26,559 nucleotides of DNA from a virus (IMGVR_UViG_3300017912_001811:1-26559), one strand, 5' to 3'; positions 1-7,868 are shown, numbered from the stretch's first letter. Program-made: numbers and translations. Notes: generated from the sequence alone by a model not told the origin.

Positions 1-68
1 AGTTGAGCGGAATTACTGGTGATGAGTTTGGCTGGGGTTCCAAACTTGGTGCCAAAGTCAAGTTTTGA
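1..68 (+). CDS. 3' end of an outer-membrane beta-barrel-like protein (partial)
   Basis: Frame 3 reads LSGITGDEFGWGSKLGAKVKF-stop (TGA 66-68). It has an amphipathic last strand ending in Phe, like the small OMP-type proteins of cyanophages. Not in the ORF track. Confidence 0.65.
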   Translation, partial: LSGITGDEFGWGSKLGAKVKF

Positions 69-90
69 GTTAGTCTAAGAAAGCAGAGCT

Positions 91-121
91 AGCCCCCTGA
101 CCTCACACCAGGGGGTTTTTT
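91..121 (+). terminator. Rho-independent terminator
   Basis: Stem CCCCCTG (93-99) / CAGGGGG (109-115) followed by a T-run, directly after the stop at 68. Confidence 0.75.
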
Positions 122-124
122 ATT

Positions 125-361
125 ATGCAAAAGCTTTTCAACGTAATGTCTGTGGCATCCTTTGTGATGTCAGGCGGCATGGTGATTGGAACGGTGATGC
201 TCTATACGCGCATCCCATCCATTACTAAGCACTACATGAGTGAGCTGACGTTGGAGATGACTAAGGTCATGACCAACATGATGCCTGGCAAGATTGATGA
301 GGCTTTGCCGAAACTGCCGACGACTACAGGTCCAGCTGTACCAATCAAGTCACCGTTCTGA
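125..361 (+). CDS. small membrane protein, cyanophage conserved hypothetical
   Basis: 78 aa with an N-terminal hydrophobic helix (VMSVASFVMSGGMVIGTVMLY) and a Pro-rich tail. Confidence 0.75.
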   Translation: MQKLFNVMSVASFVMSGGMVIGTVMLYTRIPSITKHYMSELTLEMTKVMTNMMPGKIDEALPKLPTTTGPAVPIKSPF

Positions 362-365
362 CTTC

Positions 366-1127
366 ATGCCGGAGATTCCTGAGATCAGGGTGCGAACTGT
401 ATCCGTTCCAGAGATCCCGGCATGGAGATCAATGCCACCACAGAGTATTCCAAATGCCCCACCTGTCACGTTACAACTGGGTTTTCCGGTGGCGGAAGTA
501 CCTGGCTGCGTTGAGACTCGAAACACGCAACCCGGAAACAAGGACGCCTATGACACCGATCCAAAAGGCAATTTTGTGGTGTGTGATGGGGCGTTGCCTT
601 CCTATAAGCCATTAGATTTTACGCCTGGCACGCTGGACTACAGATCAACAAAGCCACCAGCAGTTGAACCAGAGCCAAAAAAATCGGCTGGTGAACCAAG
701 CCAGCCGAAGGGAGCACCCTCTCAACTACCCAGCGAAAAGCTGGATATTCCTATTTTACCCAAGGTTTTACCGTGTCCACCACCAGACGCGATACCTGTT
801 GGAGCTAAGAACAAGTCTCAAACCGCTGTCATTGTTGGGTATGAGCGGGTTGATGGCAAATGTGAAGTAATTTATGAGCCTTTAGCCGTAGCGAAAATTA
901 TTGGCAACTACCTCCCTGGTGCGCCAGTTGTTATGACAACTGCAGCCGTTGCGACTGTTGCCACGACAAGCGCCATCCTTGCGAAACCGTTAGGCGATAT
1001 TTTGCTCAAGGTGGTCAAACCTCTCGTCAAAAAGACGATCAAAAAAATTAAGGAGAAGATTGGGAAAAAGACTGCTGTTGAGTCTGTTTGGCAGCGTCGG
1101 AAGTTTCAGAGGTCTCTTCGTAAGTGA
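366..1127 (+). CDS. Pro/Cys-rich cyanophage hypothetical protein with C-terminal hydrophobic and basic segment
   Basis: Long ORF; likely start is ATG 366 (MPEIPEI), just after the previous stop. Has paired Cys, a TTAAVATVATTSAILA segment and a Lys-rich C-terminus. Confidence 0.75.
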   Translation: MPEIPEIRVRTVSVPEIPAWRSMPPQSIPNAPPVTLQLGFPVAEVPGCVETRNTQPGNKDAYDTDPKGNFVVCDGALPSYKPLDFTPGTLDYRSTKPPAVEPEPKKSAGEPSQPKGAPSQLPSEKLDIPILPKVLPCPPPDAIPVGAKNKSQTAVIVGYERVDGKCEVIYEPLAVAKIIGNYLPGAPVVMTTAAVATVATTSAILAKPLGDILLKVVKPLVKKTIKKIKEKIGKKTAVESVWQRRKFQRSLRK

Positions 1128-1779
1128 TTGAATGTGTATGAGGCGGTATGACACCTGGCGGATTGACCAATACGACATCAGCACAGATTGAAGCGTAAGG
1201 CGAGTCAGGGTGGAATATGACGCCTTCTTTCATCAGGTCAGCGCAGTTTTTGAGTCTGGCGATTTCGTAGTTCAGTCGCTTATCAGCCAAGGCTGCGTCA
1301 AGTAGGGCTACTTGTTTTTCTGCTGCTGCCCTGCAGGCTTTGACGTGATGGCGATCCAATGGAACGGAGATTGTTGCTGTGATTCCGCCATTAATTGAAA
1401 AGTTGTCCTTTTGACCTGTGCGGACAGGCTTGTAGAAAAGGATGTTGCCTGGATTATCAGGTTGCCCGTCTGGCATTGGATTGCCTTCTGGGTCAAACGC
1501 TCCAACAAGATCAAGCGTGTCATAGACAGGCTCGTTGTAATGAGACTGATATGGTGACGCCCAGCTGGTGGTTGTGGTCAAAAAAGGATTGATGTTTAGC
1601 GTTGCACCTTGGCAGCTGATACCACCGCCATAGGTGTTTGTGAATTGACGGCTAGGGACTACTTGTACGGCTTGGTTTGTGACTGATCCTGAGCTATTGG
1701 CGACTGGAGCGGCAGTGCTTGAGACTTGCGCTTGTGCTGGAGCGGAAAGTAGCAAAAGCGCTGCTATGACTCGCTTCAT
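1048..1779 (-). CDS. secreted hypothetical protein
   Basis: 243 aa with signal peptide MKRVIAALLLLSAPAQA, a YGGGISCQG motif and four Cys; coupled to the upstream gene by a 4-nt overlap. Confidence 0.8.
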   Translation of the reverse strand: MKRVIAALLLLSAPAQAQVSSTAAPVANSSGSVTNQAVQVVPSRQFTNTYGGGISCQGATLNINPFLTTTTSWASPYQSHYNEPVYDTLDLVGAFDPEGNPMPDGQPDNPGNILFYKPVRTGQKDNFSINGGITATISVPLDRHHVKACRAAAEKQVALLDAALADKRLNYEIARLKNCADLMKEGVIFHPDSPYASICADVVLVNPPGVIPPHTHSITYEETSETSDAAKQTQQQSFSQSSP

Positions 1780-2198
1780 TGCGTAAAGGTGCTTGTCGTG
1801 TCGGTAATGGACTCGATGTCTGTTTCGCGGTTAATCATGGTGTGATTGACCAAGCCGGGACCTTGTAGCGTTTCTACGAACTGAAAGCTAGCGCCCTGAT
1901 TAACGATATTCCATTCAGGCTTTGATGCTGGATCAAGACCAACCCATCGACTTGAAATGCCGTTCAATGTATTAGATGTCGTCGTCAAAGCACGCGGTGA
2001 GATCTCCCCATTTACTGGAGCGATATTTGTTCCAGATATGCTTAGCTCATAGCCTGTGCGGTATTCGTAGGAGTTGATAACCTCGTTGACTTTTGTCTTG
2101 GTGGTGGTTTTAGAGGAGAGAACGCCTTGCTGAAAGTTAGGGACAACTGGAACGGCTGCTGCTGGAACCGCATAGAGCAAAAGCAGCAGGAGAATCAT
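1776..2198 (-). CDS. secreted beta-rich hypothetical protein
   Basis: 140 aa with signal peptide MILLLLLLYAVPAAA followed by VPVVPNF; Thr/Ser-rich. Confidence 0.8.
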   Translation of the reverse strand: MILLLLLLYAVPAAAVPVVPNFQQGVLSSKTTTKTKVNEVINSYEYRTGYELSISGTNIAPVNGEISPRALTTTSNTLNGISSRWVGLDPASKPEWNIVNQGASFQFVETLQGPGLVNHTMINRETDIESITDTTSTFTQ

Positions 2199-2689
2199 TT
2201 GATTGTCAGCTCCTGGATGACTTGACCGATTGCTGACGTTCCAGCGCCACCAGCAGTAATCGTCAAAGCGCCATCTGTTGCAAGTGTGCCTGCCAATGAT
2301 CCTGCAACGCCTCCAGAAGTCGTCGTTACATTGCCGTAAGCAGGAAGTGACGGAACTACTCCTGACGTGACGGTGGTTGAGAGGACTGCTGGGACGTCAT
2401 CTCCTTCTGTATAGCTTTCGCTGTAGCTAAAAGCATCACCAGCAGTAGTAATGCTGTAGGCGCCAGGAGTGTAACCAAGGGCAGTGCCGGAACTAAGTGT
2501 GCCGAGCACAGGAGCAGTGTCCAAAGTGACGTTATTGCCAGATACTGCCATTGAAGACGGGATGCGCGTTGCGACTGATCCCGCTCCATCAACCGACAAT
2601 GAAACGCTTGATTGGATTCTATGCGTTATGTCGGCGTGAGCCGGACATGCGAAAAATGTGATCCCGAATACCAGAAGAGCGGTTTTCAT
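2195..2689 (-). CDS. secreted Gly/Ser/Thr-rich hypothetical protein
   Basis: 164 aa with signal peptide ending AHA, followed by DITHRIQSSVSLSVD; 4-nt overlaps with both neighbours. Confidence 0.8.
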   Translation of the reverse strand: MKTALLVFGITFFACPAHADITHRIQSSVSLSVDGAGSVATRIPSSMAVSGNNVTLDTAPVLGTLSSGTALGYTPGAYSITTAGDAFSYSESYTEGDDVPAVLSTTVTSGVVPSLPAYGNVTTTSGGVAGSLAGTLATDGALTITAGGAGTSAIGQVIQELTIK

Positions 2690-2958
2690 TGGATGCCGGA
2701 TTTGGTGTCCTTATTGTCAATGATAGGTGGCTTCTTATTGCTGTTTCCGTTGCTGCCGGACTTGCGTTCAATGCCGAAGGATGCCATGGCACCAGTCAGG
2801 AGCGATGCGACAAAGGTATTGTCCATCTTCATTTGCGGGAAAAAACCCAAATAAGAGACGGTTAGCAGTGTGGCGCTCCAAAGGAGGACCATGCACTTTA
2901 CGATATCCGCGATGGATACGCCTTCTTTTTCATCGTGTTCTTCAGTGTTGGAAGCCAT
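2686..2958 (-). CDS. two-TM membrane protein
   Basis: 90 aa with two hydrophobic segments (VKCMVLLWSATLLTVSYLG; FVASLLTGAMASFGI); first gene of the leftward operon. Confidence 0.75.
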   Translation of the reverse strand: MASNTEEHDEKEGVSIADIVKCMVLLWSATLLTVSYLGFFPQMKMDNTFVASLLTGAMASFGIERKSGSNGNSNKKPPIIDNKDTKSGIQ

Positions 2959-3002
2959 AGCAGAACGGAGCTACGCTTACAGCGTACCGCTCTTGACAAA
3001 TC

Positions 3003-3176
3003 ATGCTGTTCCTCGTCAAGCCAATTTTGTTCAGATTTCTGCAATCAAAGGGTGTGAAGACCCTGGTTGTTGAACTGTTGGAGGCTTACTGCAAGACAAC
3101 AGACAACACAGTTGACGATCAGGTCGTGGAATTTGTGAAGCACAACTTGTTTCCAGCCACCAGAGTTGACAAATGA
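3003..3176 (+). CDS. small conserved cyanophage protein (TDNTVDD motif)
   Basis: Translated by hand: MLFLVKPILFRFLQSKGVKTLVVELLEAYCKTTDNTVDDQVVEFVKHNLFPATRVDK (57 aa, below the ORF-track cutoff). ATGA overlap with the next gene. Confidence 0.75.
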   Translation: MLFLVKPILFRFLQSKGVKTLVVELLEAYCKTTDNTVDDQVVEFVKHNLFPATRVDK

Positions 3177-3325
3177 AACCTAAAAAAGATCCAGCATTGA
3201 TTGCAGTTGCAGGCTTTGTTCTGCTCGGTTCTGGACTCGTCCTGCTTATGTTTGGAACGGGGACTATCTTTTACATGGGTTACTACGCTGGCAAAACCAC
3301 TTGTCCTCAGGCAGTATTGAAGTGA
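3173..3325 (+). CDS. small membrane protein, possible holin
   Basis: MKPKKDPALIAVAGFVLLGSGLVLLMFGTGTIFYMGYYAGKTTCPQAVLK (50 aa): basic N-terminus and a long hydrophobic stretch, directly before the peptidase. The holin role is inference. Confidence 0.55.
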   Translation: MKPKKDPALIAVAGFVLLGSGLVLLMFGTGTIFYMGYYAGKTTCPQAVLK

Positions 3326-4050
3326 TCTGGCTACTGTTAGCTGTGGCCCTCGCACTTTTGCCGTTTTTTCAATTTTTTCGTGGTACGCCCCACCAGCTGG
3401 CTGCTGTTAAGGAGCTTGAGGAGTCCGTGCCAGAGGAATTATTGGAGGAAGATGCCGCTTGGTTTGAAGCGTGGAAGGCCAGTGGAATCGACCAAGAGGT
3501 TTACATGCCCAACTATTTCAAACAACTCGATAACTTCAGTGGTGCAGGCTACAGAGAATGTTTTAGTTCAGCGGCAGCCATGGTCGCGTCGTTTTGGGGC
3601 AAGATCAAAACAGATGATGAATACAATCTTCACCGCGATAAATTTGGCGACACAACATCTGTTCAAGCGCAGCTAGACACTTTGAAGTCTTTAGGCTTAA
3701 ACGCAGAATTCAGGCAAGATGGTGATGCTGATTTGGTAGAACTAGAGATTGAAAACGGCAGACCTGTGCTTGTCGGATGGCTGCATAAGGGAGACTTATT
3801 GCGAGGTGAGCCACCAATGTGCGGTAGCAACTCTTGCGGTCATTGGAGCGTTATCACTGGCTATGCAGGCAAGCACAGCAACGATCCAGAATGGGTGATG
3901 TTTGATCCTGCTGGCTATCCAGACATGATCCAAGGTGGTCATGAGGAATCCTTGTCAGGACGTCGTGTCAGGGTCAGACAGTCAGAGTTTTACCAACGAT
4001 GGCAGGTTGATGGTCCTAAAACAGGGTGGGTGATTCTTATTGATGGCTGA
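3322..4050 (+). CDS. peptidase C39-like (papain-fold) protein, putative endolysin
   Basis: Catalytic-triad-like motifs RECFSSAAAM (Cys), GHWSV (His) and FDP (Asp). Likely GTG start at 3322 (GTGA overlap); hydrophobic N-terminus. Confidence 0.75.
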   Translation: MIWLLLAVALALLPFFQFFRGTPHQLAAVKELEESVPEELLEEDAAWFEAWKASGIDQEVYMPNYFKQLDNFSGAGYRECFSSAAAMVASFWGKIKTDDEYNLHRDKFGDTTSVQAQLDTLKSLGLNAEFRQDGDADLVELEIENGRPVLVGWLHKGDLLRGEPPMCGSNSCGHWSVITGYAGKHSNDPEWVMFDPAGYPDMIQGGHEESLSGRRVRVRQSEFYQRWQVDGPKTGWVILIDG

Positions 4051-4240
4051 TCTGTACTGGCTGTGGGCGTTTGCCAAAGCGTTTTTTACCACTGTTGTGG
4101 TGGGTTGCGCTCAACCAGTGAACTGGGAGCATTGCTTTCCTGTTAGCGACTGGATGATCCCCTGGGTGCATGACGTCATTCACATGCAAGAGAATGGGGC
4201 GTACTATGAAGAAAAATATAAATTGAGAACCGAAAAGTGA
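4043..4240 (+). CDS. hypothetical protein
   Basis: 65 aa, Trp/Cys-rich; overlaps the peptidase stop. Confidence 0.6.
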   Translation: MADLYWLWAFAKAFFTTVVVGCAQPVNWEHCFPVSDWMIPWVHDVIHMQENGAYYEEKYKLRTEK

Positions 4241-4241
4241 G

Positions 4242-4319
4242 GGGGCTTACACGAAGCGCAACACAGGACGGCACCACTCGCCCTTGCAGTCGTTTCCGTT
4301 CCTGCACGCATGATGCCCC
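4242..4319 (-). ncRNA. candidate structured RNA element downstream of ssb
   Basis: On the minus strand: closing stem GGGGC/GCCCC, hairpin UGCAG/CUGCA capped by CG-GAAA-CG, and hairpin AGGGCG/CGUCCU (a G-U pair only on the minus strand). Confidence 0.4.
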
Positions 4320-4324
4320 ATCAA

Positions 4325-4642
4325 TCAAAAGTCGTCGTCAGATGTAGCCTGCCTAGGTGGCAGGGTGAAGTCAGATACGTTCATCTGCAAGCTGTAACCC
4401 TTGCCGCCTTCCTTGCGGTCATACTCTTGCAGCTTGCCTTGGCCACAGACGGTGATCTTGTCGCCTTTGTGCATGTACTGCATAACGGTGTCGGCACGTT
4501 TGCCCCAAACTTGGCAGTTAATCCAAGTGGTTTCGTCTTTGCCAGTGCGTGCTGCAATGCTGAAGTTTGCAACCTGTGTGTCTCTGACTTCTTTAAGTTC
4601 AGGTTCTTTGCCGAGGTTGCCGTGTGCAGTGATGTTGAGCAT
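4325..4642 (-). CDS. ssb: single-stranded DNA-binding protein
   Basis: GNLGKEPEL, VANFSIA, TTWINCQVWGKRA and KGDKITVCG motifs, with acidic C-terminal DDDF. Confidence 0.95.
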   Translation of the reverse strand: MLNITAHGNLGKEPELKEVRDTQVANFSIAARTGKDETTWINCQVWGKRADTVMQYMHKGDKITVCGQGKLQEYDRKEGGKGYSLQMNVSDFTLPPRQATSDDDF

Positions 4643-4803
4643 TACTTGAAAAATTTAGAAAGGATGATTTTGAGGGCTTGGTTTTGGTTGTAGTTGCGTG
4701 ACTCCATAAAATGACGCAACTTGTTAGCCAGCTGATCATCAAGGCGCACTTGAAAAAAGTTTTTGCGGCGTTTGAGATCAGCTTCGGCTTGAGACTGTGG
4801 CAT
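4642..4803 (-). CDS. ribbon-helix-helix-like DNA-binding protein
   Basis: Hand translation: MPQSQAEADLKRRKNFFQVRLDDQLANKLRHFMESRNYNQNQALKIILSKFFK (53 aa). Alternating strand FQVRL then two helices; TAATG coupling to ssb. Confidence 0.65.
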   Translation of the reverse strand: MPQSQAEADLKRRKNFFQVRLDDQLANKLRHFMESRNYNQNQALKIILSKFFK

Positions 4804-4807
4804 GGGG

Positions 4808-5452
4808 TCAGGCGTGAGAAGTTATGTCATTCATGGCATTTTGGAGGAAACTGCGGTGAGCGTAGGTCTGGATCTTGTCTTTGACAGGACCTGTTGGATA
4901 ATTAAATTTTGCACGGAACCTATTGATTAGCTCTTGCTTGTGGTCAGGATCCAATTCCTTGATGACACCATGCAGCAAAGTTCTTTCATCGTCCTTCATT
5001 GGGTCATCAGGTTTTGGTTCTGCCGGTGTCGCTGTATCAGCAGGCTTGGCTGATTCAGTTTTGCGGGCAGGGCGACTGACCTTTTTTTCAGGCTGTGGCT
5101 CTGATTCAGCGTCAGTGTCCATGTCTGCAACGATGCCCAAGATGGAGCAAATTGCGTAGCGACGTTGATACGTCACAGCTTTGCCCCACTCTTGGGTCTG
5201 ATTGCGGCCATCGCAAATCATCAGCTGGCAAGAACTGCTGATGGTTTCGCCGCTGATGTGGTGCAGCGTTGTAACTAGTGACTGGTTGTCAAAGGTTTGG
5301 GTGATGGCCAAGCCGTTGGCGTGCAGAGGTGGCGTCACTGTTGACAGCACATTGGCAAGGTCTGCAAACTTGCCGTAGTTGGCTCGTGCGTTTTTGTCGA
5401 TTTTGTCGACAGCTTTGTGAAAACCGATTAAGGCTTTGGTGAGTTCAGACAT
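4808..5452 (-). CDS. erf: ERF-family single-strand annealing protein
   Basis: YGKFADLANVL, LHHISGE and QEWGKAVTYQRRYAICSILGIVADMDTDA motifs. Confidence 0.9.
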   Translation of the reverse strand: MSELTKALIGFHKAVDKIDKNARANYGKFADLANVLSTVTPPLHANGLAITQTFDNQSLVTTLHHISGETISSSCQLMICDGRNQTQEWGKAVTYQRRYAICSILGIVADMDTDAESEPQPEKKVSRPARKTESAKPADTATPAEPKPDDPMKDDERTLLHGVIKELDPDHKQELINRFRAKFNYPTGPVKDKIQTYAHRSFLQNAMNDITSHA

Positions 5453-5891
5453 CAATGGTAGTGATGGTGATTAGGGCGCCAGGTGTTTCACTGGCAGTGG
5501 CATAACGGCGTTCAGCATTGATGCTGAAGACTTGTGAGTCATCGTCGTATGCAATGCCTGTCAGGGCATCGCAAACAGCTCTGCAGAGCTTGTCCAGGTC
5601 CCCAATGCGTGTGACGCAATGCAATGGAGCATTGTCTTTGAGGCTGCCATTGGCACGGAAGTGAGCTTTCGGCCTAGCAAAAACAAAGGTCAACGACAGC
5701 GACACTGGTAGTTTGGCATGCCATTGCTCAGGTTGCAACTTGTGGGCACAAGTAGCAACAACTGCACGCCATGGAGCTACGTATGCCGAGCTTTCGCCCA
5801 AGACTGCCCTTCCTTTGACGTAGCGGTGGACTTTTTTACTGCCTTGCGGCGCTGGTTTGCCTGGGGCAAAGAAGGTGTAGCTGTTGGACAC
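5445..5891 (-). CDS. rusA: RusA-family Holliday junction resolvase
   Basis: GKPAPQGSK, FVFARPKAH and GDLDKLCRAVCDALTGIAYDDDSQV motifs. Confidence 0.92.
   Translation of the reverse strand: MSNSYTFFAPGKPAPQGSKKVHRYVKGRAVLGESSAYVAPWRAVVATCAHKLQPEQWHAKLPVSLSLTFVFARPKAHFRANGSLKDNAPLHCVTRIGDLDKLCRAVCDALTGIAYDDDSQVFSINAERRYATASETPGALITITTIDV
5710..5738 (-). promoter_or_regulatory. sigma70-type promoter, family copy 1 (inside rusA)
   Basis: Minus strand TTGCAA-CCTGAGCAATGGCATGC(17)-CAAACT; TGGCATGCCA palindrome at 5714-5723. Confidence 0.5.
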
Positions 5892-5946
5892 TGCTGCCTA
5901 TCAATGCGTTGTAAAACGCTTTCTAATGCAGTCAGCTTAAGTGCGT

Positions 5947-6117
5947 TTATTTGCAGGCAGGTTGCCAACCCTGCTGACAATGGTAAGCCTGTTGTTCTTC
6001 CAAAGTGCTTGTGACTGAGTACCAAGCTGCTGCACCAAAAAGCATGAAGGCAACAACAGTGACGATAGTGTTGATGATGGCGCAACTTTGGCGTGATGGA
6101 TAGATCCTGTGGTTCAT
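5947..6117 (-). CDS. small single-TM protein
   Basis: Hand translation: MNHRIYPSRQSCAIINTIVTVVAFMLFGAAAWYSVTSTLEEQQAYHCQQGWQPACK (56 aa). Starts 3 nt after the previous stop. Confidence 0.65.
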   Translation of the reverse strand: MNHRIYPSRQSCAIINTIVTVVAFMLFGAAAWYSVTSTLEEQQAYHCQQGWQPACK

Positions 6118-6120
6118 GGG

Positions 6121-6600
6121 TCAGTTGCGGGTTTTGGCTGGGCGACCACGGCGTGGTTTGGAAGCTTCAGCTTGCTGGGCTTTGTACTTTTCCTTGGCCT
6201 TATCCCTTGCCTCAGACAAAAGATTGCAGGCCCGATTGTCTTTCTCAAGTTCTTTGTACTTGGCCTGGGCTTCAACAACCTGTTTGCACCTTTCAGCAAT
6301 CACTTCTTGAATCATTTCTTGGGCTTGGTGGTGGCGCCAAAACCAAGTTTCAGAATCTTGATTGGTATACTCCTTAAGCAGTTTTTCGTGCTCTTCGGTA
6401 ACATCCTCTTGTTTGAACTGCTGGTCAATAGTGGCGTCGAAAGCAGCCATCAATGAAGTTACCTTGCGGGCTTCCAAGATGACGTTGCGGTCTGCATCAC
6501 GAACATCTTGAAAGTGTTTGCGATGCGCAGCTATAGCCTGAATGACTTCAGGTTGTTCTTCGATGAAACGGTGTTGTGCGGCGTAATCAGTTGTCGTCAT
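6121..6600 (-). CDS. coiled-coil hypothetical protein with C-terminal AT-hook-like motif
   Basis: 159 aa, helical and charged, ending KPRRGRPAKTRN. Confidence 0.75.
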   Translation of the reverse strand: MTTTDYAAQHRFIEEQPEVIQAIAAHRKHFQDVRDADRNVILEARKVTSLMAAFDATIDQQFKQEDVTEEHEKLLKEYTNQDSETWFWRHHQAQEMIQEVIAERCKQVVEAQAKYKELEKDNRACNLLSEARDKAKEKYKAQQAEASKPRRGRPAKTRN

Positions 6601-6829
6601 GATTGTAAAAGCGTGATAGATGTTCTTTCAAGGCATCTGGCCTTGAGCCATAAGCCTGAAGGGCTTTGCCAAGCAAATCGGCTTCAAGAAAGCCAAGGGG
6701 TTTGGCGCTGGTGGGCCAGTTGGTTTCACCAATAAGGCCCAAAAACTTGTCGTAACTGGTTGGGGTGTCTTCATTATCACCCCAGTCAGATAAGCGATCA
6801 ATGTGATACAAGGCCTCTTGATAGTTCAT
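6587..6829 (-). CDS. hypothetical protein
   Basis: 80 aa in a tightly coupled minus-strand operon. Confidence 0.7.
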   Translation of the reverse strand: MNYQEALYHIDRLSDWGDNEDTPTSYDKFLGLIGETNWPTSAKPLGFLEADLLGKALQAYGSRPDALKEHLSRFYNHDDN

Positions 6830-7008
6830 CGGCGGCGCTGATGGTAAAGGTCAGTAAGTTTTAGGTCCATAAGTGCAACTTGATTTGCCCAACTGCCCGG
6901 CTCAGGAATGTCGTCCGGGTCAGGAAGGTTGTTGCGTGCATCTCTGGCCAACTCATAAAGAAGATCCAGTTCTGCAGCATCAAATGTGAGTGTGTAAACA
7001 GGTTTCAT
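6826..7008 (-). CDS. hypothetical protein
   Basis: 60 aa (MKPVYTLTFDAAELDLLYEL...), with TGATG and ATGA couplings. Confidence 0.65.
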   Translation of the reverse strand: MKPVYTLTFDAAELDLLYELARDARNNLPDPDDIPEPGSWANQVALMDLKLTDLYHQRRR

Positions 7009-7181
7009 CACATCCCCAGCTTTTGCTTGAGCAGTTTGCCAATCATGTTGCGGTACTTGCTTACAGCTTTGCGGTGAGTAGTCACAGCGGCCATGTCGTT
7101 GGCGGCAATGGCGTGGCTGTAAGAAGTTTGTGCGTCATCAAGAAGAACCTTGATGCTGTCGATTTGCTGTTGAATCGTCAT
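7008..7181 (-). CDS. hypothetical helical protein, first gene after promoter
   Basis: Hand translation: MTIQQQIDSIKVLLDDAQTSYSHAIAANDMAAVTTHRKAVSKYRNMIGKLLKQKLGM (57 aa). Not in the ORF track. Confidence 0.65.
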   Translation of the reverse strand: MTIQQQIDSIKVLLDDAQTSYSHAIAANDMAAVTTHRKAVSKYRNMIGKLLKQKLGM

Positions 7182-7222
7182 TGGCTTATGTGTGTGAGGG
7201 ACATCCCTGCCCCGTTGAACAT

Positions 7223-7251
7223 ATTATGGCATGCCATTGTCTTTTTGGCAA
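7223..7251 (-). promoter_or_regulatory. sigma70-type promoter, family copy 2
   Basis: Minus strand TTGCCA-AAAAGACAATGGCATGC(17)-CATAAT; ATGGCATGCCAT palindrome at 7226-7237. Confidence 0.75.
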
Positions 7252-7868
7252 CGCCACACTCGTCCCGTATGGACTGCATCCCACATAACCTCATTGATCA
7301 AGTCGCACACTTCGCAGTTAAGTTGCTCGGCAACTACCCGCAAAAAGACCATCAAGGCGTAATCGGTCCTGCCTTGGCACCGTCCTGTCGATGCTGTAAG
7401 CAACTCCATAGGGTTGCGTCCTTCATAAGCCGCAATTCCCATCATCTGTGTTTGGTTGGGCTGGTTTGATGAAGTAATTTTTTGAGTCTCGTTGTTGTCA
7501 GCTTTCACCAAGTCTCCTGGTGAACGAGGCTCTACAAAAGCAACTTCAAGACCATGATTAATGAGAAGCTGCTCAAGAATTTTTTTATTTTGAGGGGTTT
7601 GATCTTTCACTGGCAAAGCTGGTCCAGACCATTGAACGGAATCCTCTGTTCTAGGTTCTTTCACAAAGACTGCCAAGTGCAAGCCAGACTTGCTAATTTC
7701 ATAACTTGGGATCGCCCCAAGTTGGGCAAGGTTCTGGTCAGGCTTACCATGTGGCCCAAAAAAGATGCGGATTTTTTGTTCCTCATGGCCGTTTTGGTAA
7801 ATACCGTACAAATGCCCTTTGTTTGCTTCTGTGACTGGAATCGTGATTGTTTGGTTTGTGAGGTCCAA
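7224..7868 (-). CDS. hypothetical protein
   Basis: ORF 7224-7934; start moved to TTG 7868 because a promoter copy lies at 7893-7921. No family recognised. Confidence 0.7.
   Translation of the reverse strand: MDLTNQTITIPVTEANKGHLYGIYQNGHEEQKIRIFFGPHGKPDQNLAQLGAIPSYEISKSGLHLAVFVKEPRTEDSVQWSGPALPVKDQTPQNKKILEQLLINHGLEVAFVEPRSPGDLVKADNNETQKITSSNQPNQTQMMGIAAYEGRNPMELLTASTGRCQGRTDYALMVFLRVVAEQLNCEVCDLINEVMWDAVHTGRVWRCQKDNGMP

Noticed and set aside
4241-4320. tRNA gene (tRNA-sized, begins GGGGC)
   Set aside because: No TTCRA T-loop in the correct place, no 7-nt anticodon loop and no standard cloverleaf.
5777-6085. 102-aa minus-strand ORF from the track
   Set aside because: It overlaps rusA and a better-coupled 56-aa TM ORF (5947-6117) in another frame, has a TTG start and shows atypical composition.
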